In this document: positions 1-11,121 of the stretch, one piece after another | Layout of the letters: every line of letters starts with the position of its first letter | How positions within the stretch are numbered: the stretch's first letter is position 1 | Source: Entomortierella parvispora E1425 | Taxonomy: Eukaryota > Fungi > Mortierellomycota | Assembly: GCA_020891255.1 (NCBI GenBank) | Contig: BQFW01000007.1 | Coordinates: 1 to 64,000 of the forward strand | Length of the DNA stretch: 64,000 bases | Direction of reading: 5' to 3' | Translations under genes and position numbers: made by a program | The notes under the pieces: model-generated | What the model was told of the DNA's origin: nothing | Seen by the model: the letters and a program-made list of their open reading frames with translations, nothing else | The model's database searches: none

Positions 1-3000
1 TTTGGCAAACCCTGGCTCACCAAAGTTAACCCTTGCATCAATTGGCGCACCAACGATCTTCATTTCACTCACAATGGAATCGATGTCAAATGGAGCTGCC
101 GCGGCTTCAAGGCCGATCACATCCAAAGCCGCACCAAAGGACTCCTCCTCACACACATGCACTTTCATTCCATGGCAACCCCTGCCCGGCTCGGAGGTGT
201 TCCTGGCCCTTATTCGCAACACCCCAGAGCCCTCTGAAGAAACTGACCAACCGCGTACAATTCCCGATATGACCCCAGAGGTGCGGTCCATTGTCATGGA
301 AGAGTTCGCTGATGTCTTTCCGGAGAACTCCCGGACGGCCTGCCCCCAGACCGTGGTGATGCTATGAAGATCGAGACCGACCCGACAGCCGACCCACCCT
401 TCCGCCCTGTCATTAGACTTTCAATCGCCGAGCTTGACGAACTTCGCAAACAACTGGACCAATTGCTAGCAGCAGGTTTTATCAAACCCAATACCTCTCC
501 CTATGGCGCCCCCGTGCTCTTTTGTGCGGAAGAAGGACAGCACACTCCGAATGTGCGTCGACTACCGTGGCCTCAACAAGATCACCAGGAAGAACAGACA
601 CCCGTTGCCCCGTATCGACGAGCTACTTGACCGCTTCCGTGGAGCACGCTATTACTCCAAGTTGGACTTGTTATCCGGTTATCATCAGCAGCGTATCTTT
701 GAACCACACACACACAAGACTGCCTTCCGTTGTCGCTATGGTCACTTTGAATTCAATGTTGTTCCCTTTGGCCTTACTAACGCTCCTGCTTCGTTCTCCA
801 ATATGATGTTGCGAGTACTCGATCCAGTCTTGGACAAATGGGTTGTCGTGTATCTCGACGATCTGTTGATCTACTCCAAGACAAAGAAAGAACACCTGCA
901 GCATCTCCGAAGCGTCCTGGCTCTCCTCCGCAAGAATGGTCTGTACGCGAAATTGAGCAAGTGCTCCTTCATGCAAGACGAAACTGAATTTTTGGGCCAC
1001 ACCATCACGAAGGACGGGATCAAAACATCGGCCGGGCTCAGCAAAGCCATCAGTGACTGGCCCACCCCCAAGAGCACAAAGGACGTCCAGCAATTTTTGG
1101 GGCTTGCGCAATTTTATCAACAGTACGTATCGGGCTTTGCAGGGATTGCCTCTCTCTCTTCCCTCCTCGCCAACAACACTCCCTTCAAATGGACCGACGA
1201 ACAACAATCTGCATTCCTTCAGCTCAAACGCGCCATCTGCTCCGCCCCCGTCCTCCGCATCTTCGACCCTGATCTCTCACCTTTGTCGAAACAGATGCAT
1301 CCGGTTTCGCCATCGGTGCAGTGCTGCTGCAGACTGACCGGGAAGGGAATACCCATCCCATCGCATTCACTTCCAGGAAAATGCAGTCAGCTGAGCGGAA
1401 CTACCCTGTCCATGAGCAGGAACTGTTGGCTGTCATCCATGCGCTCCGCACTTGGCGCTACTACCTCGATGGAACCAAGTTCAGCGTCCACACCGACCAC
1501 GCCACCCTCCGCCACTTCCCCCACACAGCCCAAACTCACTCGTCGACAGGCTCGCTGGATGGAGTTGCTTCAGGAATACGACTTTGACTTCAAGTACAAG
1601 CGAGGAGTTGACAACATCGTCCCAGACGCTCTCTCCCGACGACCGGACTACCGCGAGCCTGACCCTGTTGAGCTATACAACCTCAGCGTCTCCCTGTCCC
1701 CGGACGTCCGTGACCAGCTTGTCCAGGACTACAACGACGATCCTCGACTTGGACCCATCTACAAGGATTGCCTGGATGGGAAGGTTGCCAATGGATATTC
1801 ATTCCAGAACAACCTCCTCTACTTTACCCGACGTGGAGCAACCACCCTGGCCATCCCTCGGCACTCCCCGATCCGCCTCACTCTCTTGCACGACGCTCAC
1901 GACTCTGCCACTGCTGGACACTTTGGTTTTCAAAAGACTTACGACAACCTGCGCCGTTTCGTATATTGGCCCCACATCGCCAAGGATACCCAGCAGTATG
2001 TAGCAACCTGCGAGAAGTGTCAAAGGAACAAGGACTCACAGGATCGACCAGCTGGACTCTTGCAACCGCTACCCATTCCTTCGCAACGTTGGGAGGTAGT
2101 CACCATGGACTTCATCGGCCCTCTTCCGCCCACAGCTAGAAATTTTGACGCCATCACAGTGTTTGTCGACAAGCTGACCAAGCAAGCTCACTTCGTCCCC
2201 AGTACTACCTCTGCCACAGCCGTCGACGTCGCCCACCAGTTTTTTTGACAACATCTTTAAGCTGCATGGCACACCAACATCCATCATCTCGGACCGCGAC
2301 ACTCGATTCACTAGTAGATTCTGGCAAGAGTTGCACAGGCTAATGGATGTCAAACTTGCACTGTCAACCGCCTACCACCCACAGACGGATGGGCAGACAG
2401 AGGTTATGAACAAGACGCTGAAGACTATGTTGAGAGCGTTTATTGACAACAAGCAGTCTAACTGGGACCAGCTCCTTCCGTCACTGGAATTCGCCTATAA
2501 CAACGCTGTCAATGCATCCACGGGATACTCGCCGTTCTTCCTCAACTCTGGCCAGCACCCTCGTCTCCCCCACCGCTCTCCTCGGTAAACCCAGCAGCTC
2601 AGTCCCCACTGTCGATACCTTCCTGACTGAGCAGGCGACCACCCTTGCCCTGGCCCAGGATGCTCTGCAGCGTGCTCAGGATCATCAGGAGCAACAGGCA
2701 AACAAGCGACGACGGGATCACAAGTACAAGGTTGGCGATAAGGTCCTGCTGCGTGCCACCAATATCACCATCCCTGCCGACAGTATCAGACCAGCCGATA
2801 AACTTCGACCTCAATTCCTTGGCCCGTTCACACTTTTGGAGCAACACTCACCTGTCACCTTCCGCGTCGAGCTGCCACCATTCTACAAAATCCATGACGT
2901 CTTCCACGTTGATACCTTTCGACCCTATTTGCCGTCCCCGGAGTCACTCGGCATTCGAGCTCCTGCCCCCGTGGATCCCACTGTAATTGACGGCGAAGAG

Positions 3001-3088
3001 GAGTATGAAGTGGACGAAATTTTAAAGTACCGCTTCTACCGCAGACAACACCAGTTCCTAGTGTCATTCAAAGGCTACGGCAGAGAAG
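1..3088 (+). pseudogene. Family A copy A1: pol (RT, RNase H, integrase, start of chromodomain); starts before the window, multiply frameshifted, interrupted by copy A2
   Basis: ORF 503-2248 carries YLDD and the integrase HHCC; downstream ORFs carry GQTE and GPF; near-identical to A2 pol; breaks at GYGRE where the A2 LTR begins. Confidence 0.95.
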
Positions 3089-3199
3089 TGTAACAGGAAT
3101 ACGGTGACATCACGCGATGTGTACCTACAAAAGCTAGAAACTTGCAATATAATAAAACTCACTTCTTGTCTCCACTCCACCCTCGATACTCCTATTGCA
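3089..3199 (+). repeat. Family A LTR (111 bp), 5' LTR of A2
   Basis: TGTAACAGG...CCTATTGCA; same unit at 8044-8154, 8256-8366 (+) and 9789-9899, 11122-11232, 16045-16155, 19517-19627, 24471-24581, 34507-34617, 34783-34893 (-). Confidence 0.97.
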
Positions 3200-3245
3200 T
3201 GGTAGCAAAGGTTTTCGATCCACTGACCTCACTGACCCACTGACC
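3200..3245 (+). promoter_or_regulatory. Primer binding site of family A, initiator tRNA-Met type, with extended complementarity
   Basis: TGGTAGCAAAG directly after the LTR; then TTTCGATCCACTGACCTC, the complement of a tRNAi T-arm containing the ATCGAAA loop; CACTGACC occurs three times. Confidence 0.85.
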
Positions 3246-3317
3246 CTCCGACACACTCACACCCTGGACCCCCTCGTATCCCTCTTCGATCAACTCTCCC
3301 TCGACAATTCACCCAAC

Positions 3318-4238
3318 ATGGACCCCGCGACACCGTCATTCAAATTCCCTCATCCAACACCGTTCAACGGCAAGCGCGACGGATTCTCTGTTCTCGGTTT
3401 TCTGAAACGCATGACCTTTTTCTTCGATGGCGCTGGAATTGCCGAACCTCGCAAGGTCGGGGTTACCCTTGCCTTTGCCGGCGATGAGGTTATCGGCTGG
3501 TGGGCACTCTTAAACAAGCCATCCGACACCTCATTCCCGGATTTCAGCGAGCTCCTTGCCACCGAGTTCAGTCCTGCGAAGTTTAAGGAGCACATTCTCG
3601 CCCTCACAATGCAAATGAAAATGACACTGCCACTGAACATCTCCAACGTCATGGCCTATATTACCAAAGCCCGTGAATACCACCTGCTCCTCCAGTCTTA
3701 CTACGCCGACAACGCAGTTCTCAACGATACTATCCGTACTGCCTTTCTCAGTGGTGCACCTACTCAGCTTCGCCAGATGCTGGAAGTGGCCATTGTTAAT
3801 GCAGGCAACGACACCATAGATCTGCCCAGACTCTTTAAGGCCGCGGAGGAGTTCGGTCGTATCTTCCACACTGAAGACCCATCACTCGGTGCCAAAGCAC
3901 TGGCTGCCTCGGGATCCTCTGCTGGTATCACCGACCCCAACGCAATGGAAGTGGACAATATTCATATCCAACTCAACAATATCCACAAGCAACTCGGCAC
4001 CCTTCACCGCTCCTTACAGAACCGCCCCACCAACGGTACTAACAACCCTTCTCGAGATCGCCCCGCACCCCTGACCGCCGCCGACCGAGAGTACCTTGTA
4101 CGTAACGGTGGCTGCTTCCGCTGCCGCGAATTGGGTCACATCAGTCCCAATTGCCCTAAGTACGGCAACGGCAGCCGAGGAATTAATCAAGTAACCGCGG
4201 GTGAATCCCCTGATTCGGGAAAAGCCTCCGGCAACTAG
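3318..4238 (+). CDS. gag: Gag of A2 with C-terminal CCHC zinc knuckle
   Basis: ORF 3195-4238; first in-frame ATG at 3318 (MDPATP); CFRCRELGHISPNC. Confidence 0.9.
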   Translation: MDPATPSFKFPHPTPFNGKRDGFSVLGFLKRMTFFFDGAGIAEPRKVGVTLAFAGDEVIGWWALLNKPSDTSFPDFSELLATEFSPAKFKEHILALTMQMKMTLPLNISNVMAYITKAREYHLLLQSYYADNAVLNDTIRTAFLSGAPTQLRQMLEVAIVNAGNDTIDLPRLFKAAEEFGRIFHTEDPSLGAKALAASGSSAGITDPNAMEVDNIHIQLNNIHKQLGTLHRSLQNRPTNGTNNPSRDRPAPLTAADREYLVRNGGCFRCRELGHISPNCPKYGNGSRGINQVTAGESPDSGKASGN

Positions 4239-7200
4239 GGTCGGTCCGGACCCCAGTTGTCGAAACTGTAGCCAACAACCCTGAGCTAAGTACCTCAAAT
4301 AAAACTTCACTTGATTCTACACCTCAGAAACATGACTCCAATCATGACAAGCGAACTCACATCCACGATGCTCTGGTTGTTCTATCGGACCGAAACCAAA
4401 ACCAAACCAAAAAACCTGTTGCCTCGCCCGCTCCAGTTGCCCTGTCCGCTCCTCTACCTAGATCCTCCGATACAGATGAACCGGACCCTCTCGCTGTACC
4501 GCCGGCACCTAGTGTACCTCTGTCCAAAAGTCAGTTGAAGAAGTTGAAGCGTCGTGCGATTCGCCTACACGAATTCACTGTCCAAAAGGCAGAGAGCCAA
4601 CTGCTCACTTTCATCGGTTCTGTCAATGGCCACGCTGCCAGAATCCTGATTGATGGTGGTGCAGAAGGTAATATTATCAGTTCGTCTTTTCAAAAGCGAC
4701 ACCAGCTCCTCCGCACTGAATGCTTGCCCATCCCCATCCTCCTCCCCAATGGCTCTTCCTCCCTCACATCACACACCGTCCCCATCACCCTCAACCGCAG
4801 CGACTACTCCGATTCGCTCAACCCTATTCTCTATCCTCTCAACAAATACGACCTCATCCTTGGCAAACCCTGGCTCACCAAAGTTAACCCTTGCATCAAT
4901 TGGCGCACCAACGATCTTCATTTCACTCACAATGGAATCGATGTCAAATGGAGCTGCCGCGGCTTCAAGGCCGATCACATCCAAAGCCGCACCAAAGGAC
5001 TCCTCCTCACACACATGCACTTTCATTCCATGGCAACCCTGCCCGGCTCGGAGGTGTTCCTGGCCCTTATTCGCAACACCCCAGAGCCCTCTGAAGAAAC
5101 TGACCAACCGCGTACAATTCCCGATATGACCCCCAGAGGTGCGGTCCATTGTCATGGAAGAGTTCGCTGATGTCTTTCCGGAGAAACTCCCGGACGGCCT
5201 GCCCCCAGACCGTGGTGATGCTATGAAGATCGAGACCGACCCGACAGCCGACCCACCCTTCCGCCCTGTCATTAGACTTTCAATCGCCGAGCTTGACGAA
5301 CTTCGCAAACAACTGGACCAATTGCTAGCAGCAGGTTTTATCAAACCCAGTACCTCTCCCTATGGCGCCCCCGTGCTCTTTGTGCGGAAGAAGGACGGCA
5401 CACTCCGAATGTGCGTCGACTACCGTGGCCTCAACAAGATCACCAGGAAGAACAGACACCCGTTGCCCCGTATCGACGAGCTTCTTGACCGCTTCCGTGG
5501 AGCACGCTATTACTCCAAGTTGGACTTGTTATCCGGTTATCATCAGCAGCGTATCTTTGAACCACACACACACAAGACTGCCTTCCGTTGTCGCTATGGT
5601 CACTTTGAGTTCAATGTTGTTCCCTTTGGCCTTACTAACGCTCCTGCTTCGTTCTCCAATATGATGTTGCGAGTGCTCGATCCAGTCTTGGACAAATGGG
5701 TTGTCGTGTATCTCGACGATCTGTTGATCTACTCCAAGACAAAGAAAGAACACCTGCAGCATCTCCGAAGCGTCCTGGCTCTCCTCCGCAAGAACGGTCT
5801 GTACGCGAAATTGAGCAAGTGCTCCTTCATGCAAGACGAAACTGAATTTTTGGGCCACACCATCACGAAGGACGGGATCAAAACATCGGCCGGGCTCAGC
5901 AAAGCCATCAGTGACTGGCCCACCCCCAAGAGCACAAAGGACGTCCAGCAATTTTTGGGGCTTGCGCAATTTTATCAACAGTACGTATCGGGCTTTGCAG
6001 GGATTGCCCTCCCTCTCTCTTCCCTCCTCGCCAACAACACTCCCTTCAAATGGACCGACGAACAACAATCTGCATTCCTTCAGCTCAAACGCGCCATCTG
6101 CTCCGCCCCCGTCCTCCGCATCTTCGACCCTGATCTCCTCACCTTTGTCGAAACAGATGCATCCGGTTTCGCCATCGGTGCAGTGCTGCTGCAGACTGAC
6201 CGGGAAGGGAATACCCATCCCATCGCATTCACTTCCAGGAAAATGCAGTCAGCTGAGCGGAACTACCCTGTCCATGAGCAGGAGCTGTTGGCTGTCATCC
6301 ATGCGCTCCGCACTTGGCGCTACTACCTCGATGGAACCAAGTTCAGCGTCCACACCGACCACGCCACCCTCCGCCACTTCCCCACACAGCCCAAACTCAC
6401 TCGTCGACAGGCTCGCTGGATGGAGTTGCTTCAGGAATACGACTTTGACTTCAAGTACAAGCGAGGAGTTGACAACATCGTCCCAGACGCTCTCTCCCGA
6501 CGACCGGACTACCGCGAGCCTGACCCTGTTGAGCTATACAACCTCAGCGTCTCCCTGTCCCCGGACGTCCGTGACCAGCTTGTCCAGGACTACAACGACG
6601 ATCCTCGACTTGGACCCATCTACAAGGATTGCCTGGATGGGAAGGTTGCCAATGGATATTCATTCCAGAACAACCTCCTCTACTTTACCCGACGTGGAGC
6701 AACCACCCTGGCCATCCCTCGGCACTCCCCGATCCGCCTCACTCTCTTGCACGACGCTCACGACTCTGCCACTGCTGGACACTTTGGTTTTCAAAAGACT
6801 TACGACAACCTGCGCCGTTTCGTATATTGGCCCCACATCGCCAAGGATACCCAGCAGTATGTAGCAACCTGCGAGAAGTGTCAAAGGAACAAGGACTCAC
6901 AGGATCGACCAGCTGGACTCTTGCAACCGCTACCCATTCCTTCGCAACGTTGGGAGGTAGTCACCATGGACTTCATCGGCCCTCTTCCGCCCACAGCTAG
7001 AAATTTTGACGCCATCACAGTGTTTGTCGACAAGCTGACCAAGCAAGCTCACTTCGTCCCCAGTACTACCTCTGCCACAGCCGTCGACGTCGCCCACCAG
7101 TTTTTTGACAACATCTTTAAGCTGCATGGCACACCAACATCCATCATCTCGGACCGCGACACTCGATTCACTAGTAGATTCTGGCAAGAGTTGCACAGGC

Positions 7201-8033
7201 TAATGGATGTCAAACTTGCACTGTCAACCGCCTACCACCCACAGACGGATGGGCAGACAGAGGTTATGAACAAGACGCTGAAGACTATGTTGAGAGCGTT
7301 TATTGACAACAAGCAGTCTAACTGGGACCAGCTCCTTCCGTCACTGGAATTCGCCTATAACAACGCTGTCAATGCATCCACGGGATACTCGCCGTTCTTC
7401 CTCAACTCTGGCCAGCACCCTCGTCTCCCCACCGCTCTCCTCGGTAAACCCAGCAGCTCAGTCCCCACTGTCGATACCTTCCTGACTGAGCAGGCGACCA
7501 CCCTTGCCCTGGCCCAGGATGCTCTGCAGCGTGCTCAGGATCATCAGGAGCAACAGGCAAACAAGCGACGACGGGATCACAAGTACAAGGTTGGCGATAA
7601 GGTCCTGCTGCGTGCCACCAATATCACCATCCCTGCCGACAGTATCAGACCAGCCGATAAACTTCGACCTCAATTCCTTGGCCCGTTCACACTTTTGGAG
7701 CAACACTCACCTGTCACCTTCCGCGTCGAGCTGCCACCATTCTACAAAATCCATGACGTCTTCCACGTTGATACCTTTCGACCCTATTTGCCGTCCCCGG
7801 AGTCACTCGGCATTCGAGCTCCTGCCCCCGTGGATCCCACTGTAATTGACGGCGAAGAGGAGTATGAAGTGGACGAAATTTTAAAGTACCGCTTCTACCG
7901 CAGACAACACCAGTTCCTAGTGTCATTCAAAGGCTACGGCAGAGAAGCTGACGAATGGCTCCCAGTAAGCAACTTGGACAACTGCATGGACTTGGTCACA
8001 ACCTTCAAAGAGCAGCACGGTATCATTTTTTAA
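4217..8033 (+). CDS. pol: Pol of A2 (protease, RT, RNase H, integrase, chromodomain), reached by -1 frameshift; one apparent extra C at 5130-5134
   Basis: -1 frame open from G_GGA_AAA at 4217 into ORF 4535; protease LIDGGA; YLDD; RNase H ETDAS; integrase MDF, ISDRD, GQTE; GPF; chromodomain EYEVDEIL...FKGY...DEW. Confidence 0.93.
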
Positions 8034-8043
8034 AAGGGGAAGG
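8032..8043 (+). promoter_or_regulatory. Polypurine tract of family A, overlapping the pol stop codon
   Basis: AAAAGGGGAAGG immediately before the 3' LTR; TAA at 8031-8033. Confidence 0.9.
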
Positions 8044-8154
8044 TGTAACAGGAATACGGTGACATCACGCGATGTGTACCTACAAAAGCTAGAAACTTGC
8101 AATATAATAAAACTCACTTCTTGTCTCCACTCCACCCTCGATACTCCTATTGCA

Positions 8155-8366
8155 AGAAGCTGACGAATGGCTCCCAGTAAGCAACTTGGACAACTGCATG
8201 GACTTGGTCACAACCTTCAAAGAGCAGCACGGTATCATTTTTTAAAAGGGGAAGGTGTAACAGGAATACGGTGACATCACGCGATGTGTACCTACAAAAG
8301 CTAGAAACTTGCAATATAATAAAACTCACTTCTTGTCTCCACTCCACCCTCGATACTCCTATTGCA
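8155..8366 (+). mobile_element. Remainder of A1: end of chromodomain, PPT, 3' LTR (8256-8366)
   Basis: Resumes at (RE)ADEWLP after TSD AGAAG; followed by family B leader sequence in reverse. Confidence 0.95.
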
Positions 8367-9788
8367 ATGCGGCAGGGGACCGGTCCGCGGAGATACTATC
8401 GGAGCTGCGCAGAGTCATGTTGGGATCCAATGAAGACTGGTTTCAAATTGGTATCGGAAAGAAGAAGAGTTTCTCTTTAATCTCAGACGGGAGGGCTTGT
8501 AATTGCCCAGGTTCTCCACCAAATTGGCTTCGGGTGTGATGTTGTCTAAAGTAAGTATAGTCTAACGTCAGCAAAGGCTGGAGGTGAAAATGATAACGAA
8601 AAGAATAATAACGAACAAAGCTCGCTGCTTACATATGATAGGGACTTTGCTCTCTGTGCCACAAGGATCAAGCACAGCACTGCTATATGATCAGATACAA
8701 TCTCGAGAGAATGAACTGGATAGACAGGAGGAGGAGAATGAGCAACAGGATCACGATATAAGCAGGAACGAAACTGAAAGGAGACTAATAAGGACATACC
8801 AATGAGCTAAGCACGTCCTAATGGTAACCAAACAGGAGAATAAACAACTACGGAGGCGAACACTAGGTACTATACTAACTAATAACAACAACAAGGGAGG
8901 ATTGAAGGGATCTAATCAGTAAGAGCACGGCCAGAAATGTTCTATCCAGGGAAAGGGGACAAGGCCGCCTAACTGAGGGTTCAGGAGGGACTCGAGGGAA
9001 GGCGACGAGAAGATAAGGGAGGTTCCCAAGCACCAGTTAAGGCCTCAGGGTGCCCAAGCGCCAGTTAAGGCCTCAGGGTGGGATGCCAAGATCGTACAAG
9101 TCCACTCAAAAGAGACAAGACATTGTAAGGAGGTTTAGACTAGCTACTAATAGTCTCAGCAATCGGAATTAAGGCGTCGAGCTTGCTGCTGCTGCAAAGG
9201 GGATATCGGGCAGGAAGGGGGGGATGTATGTTTGTGTTCTGAAGGGTTCAACAAAAGTGTACTGGCAGGAATCGTAAAGGAAAAAGGCAACCAGGAGCAA
9301 AATGGATTTTGCTCCCTTCTTTATAGAAAAAAAAAAACTGAAACTAAACAAAATAATAAATGCTACTGAAAATATATCTCTACTCCGATGGATGTGGACC
9401 GGGACTCCACATCCACTACACCACACCGATCCCAGGGTCTCTTTCTCACATCCTCCTATGTGAGAGCAAGCCAGTGAGTGTCTCTGGTGGGCTGATCCCC
9501 ATATCCTACTAGGTCGTTCGTTTGTACGGTCTAAGGCGACTGTGGTTAACGGGTCGACCTCCATAATATCGATGCCATTGTCCATCGATCTTTTCACTCA
9601 ATCGATAGGCTCCTCCGGGCAAAGCTTCAACAATAACGTAAGGTCCCTTCCATCTGGGTGAGAGCTTACCGCTCCACTGCTTGAGAAGCGCGGATTGATG
9701 TACTAATACCTCATCTCCAACTTCGTACTGTCGAGGGGGAGGGAGGTCGGCTGCATCGGTGGACCATTTGTGCTCATTTATGATCCTT
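8367..9788 (-). mobile_element. Family B fragment reading pol 3' end, 3' UTR, single LTR (8535-9425), PBS, leader
   Basis: 9509-9788 encodes the pol C-terminus (RIINEHK...KRTT); LTR matches 17530-18565 with a deletion; 8367-8534 is the reverse complement of 10954-11121. Confidence 0.92.
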
Positions 9789-10054
9789 TGCAATAGGAGT
9801 ATCGAGGGTGGAGTGGAGACAAGAAGTGAGTTTTATTATATTGCAAGTTTCTAGCTTTTGTAGGTACACATCGCGTGATGTCACCGTATTCCTGTTACAC
9901 CTTCCCCTTTTAAAAAATGATACCGTGCTGCTCTTTGAAGGTTGTGACCAAGTCCATGCAGTTGTCCAAGTTGCTTACTGGGAGCCATTCGTCAGCTTCT
10001 CTGCCGTAGCCTTTGAATGACACTAGGAACTGGTGTTGTCTGCGGTAGAAGCGG
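9789..10054 (-). mobile_element. Family A copy A5: 3' LTR, PPT and chromodomain end; inserted in B pol and itself cut by a B LTR
   Basis: LTR 9789-9899; matches the A 3' end up to ...GTAGAAGCGG, where the B LTR starts. Confidence 0.93.
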
Positions 10055-11121
10055 TGTGGTGTAGTAGATGTGGAGTCCCGATCCACATCAATCGGAGTAG
10101 ATATACATTTTCAGTAGCATTTATTATTTTGTTTAGTTTCAGTTTTTTTTTCTATAAAGAAGGGAGCAAAATCCATTTTGCTCCTGGTTGCCTTTTTCCT
10201 TTACGATTCCTGCCAGTACACTTTTGTTGAACCCTTCAGAACACAAACATACATCCCCCCCTTCCTGCCCGATATCCCCTTTGCAGCAGCAGCAAGCTCG
10301 ACGCCTTAATTCCGATTGCTGAGACTATTAGTAGCTAGTCTAAACCTCCTTACGAGGTACCAACAATGTCTTGTCTCTTTTGAGTGGACTTGTACGATCT
10401 TGGCATCCCACCCTGAGGCCTTAACTGGCGCTTGGGCACCCTGAGGCCTTAACTGGTGCTTGGGAACCTCCCTTATCTTCTCGTCGCCTTCCCTCGAGTC
10501 CCTCCTGAACCCTCAGTTAGGCGGCCTTGTCCCCTTTCCCTGATAGAATACTTCTAGCCTTGCTCTTACTGATTAGATCCCTTCAATCCTCCCTTGTTGT
10601 TGTTATTAGTTAGTATAGTACCTAGTGTTCGCCTCCGTAGTTGTTTATTCTCCTGTTTGGTTACCATTAGGACGTGCTTAGCTCATTGGTATGTCCTTAT
10701 TAGTCTCCTTTCAGTTTCGTTCCTGCTTATATCGTGATCCTGTTGCTCATTCTCCTCCTCCTGTCTATCCAGTTCATTCTCTCGAGATTGTATCTGATCA
10801 TATAGCAGTGCTGTGCTTGATCCTTGTGGCACAGAGAGCAAAGTCCCTATCATATGTAAGCAGCGAGCTTTGTTCGTTATTATTCTTTTCGTTATCATTT
10901 TCACCTCCAGCCTTTGCTGACGTTAGACTATACTTACTTTAGACAACATCACACCCGAAGCCAATTTGGTGGAGAACCTGGGCAATTACAAGCCCTCCCG
11001 TCTGAGATTAAAGAGAAACTCTTCTTCTTTCCGATACCAATTTGAAACCAGTCTTCATTGGATCCCAACATGACTCTGCGCAGCTCCGATAGTATCTCCG
11101 CGGACCGGTCCCCTGCCGCAT
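10055..11121 (+). mobile_element. Family B 5' LTR (10055-10953, internally deleted), PBS and leader, interrupted by A3
   Basis: TGTGGTGTAGTAGA...CAACATCACA, then CCCGAAGCCAATT TGGTGGAGAACCTGGGC; leader stops at CGCAT. Confidence 0.93.

Larger units (their letters stand above)
3089..8154 (+). mobile_element. Family A copy A2: full-length Ty3/gypsy chromovirus (5,066 bp)
   Basis: 111-bp TG...CA LTRs at 3089-3199 and 8044-8154 that read as identical; PBS at 3200; PPT at 8032-8043; gag and pol; TSD AGAAG at 3084-3088 and 8155-8159. Confidence 0.97.

Noticed and set aside
320-2580. Frameshifts in A1, A3 and A4 as programmed recoding or proof of inactivation
   Set aside because: Nearly all are single-base changes in homopolymer or CT runs; cannot be separated from sequencing or polishing error without reads
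3195-3317. N-terminal 41 codons of the 347-aa gag ORF
   Set aside because: Starts at a TTG inside the LTR and runs through the PBS; the first in-frame ATG is at 3318
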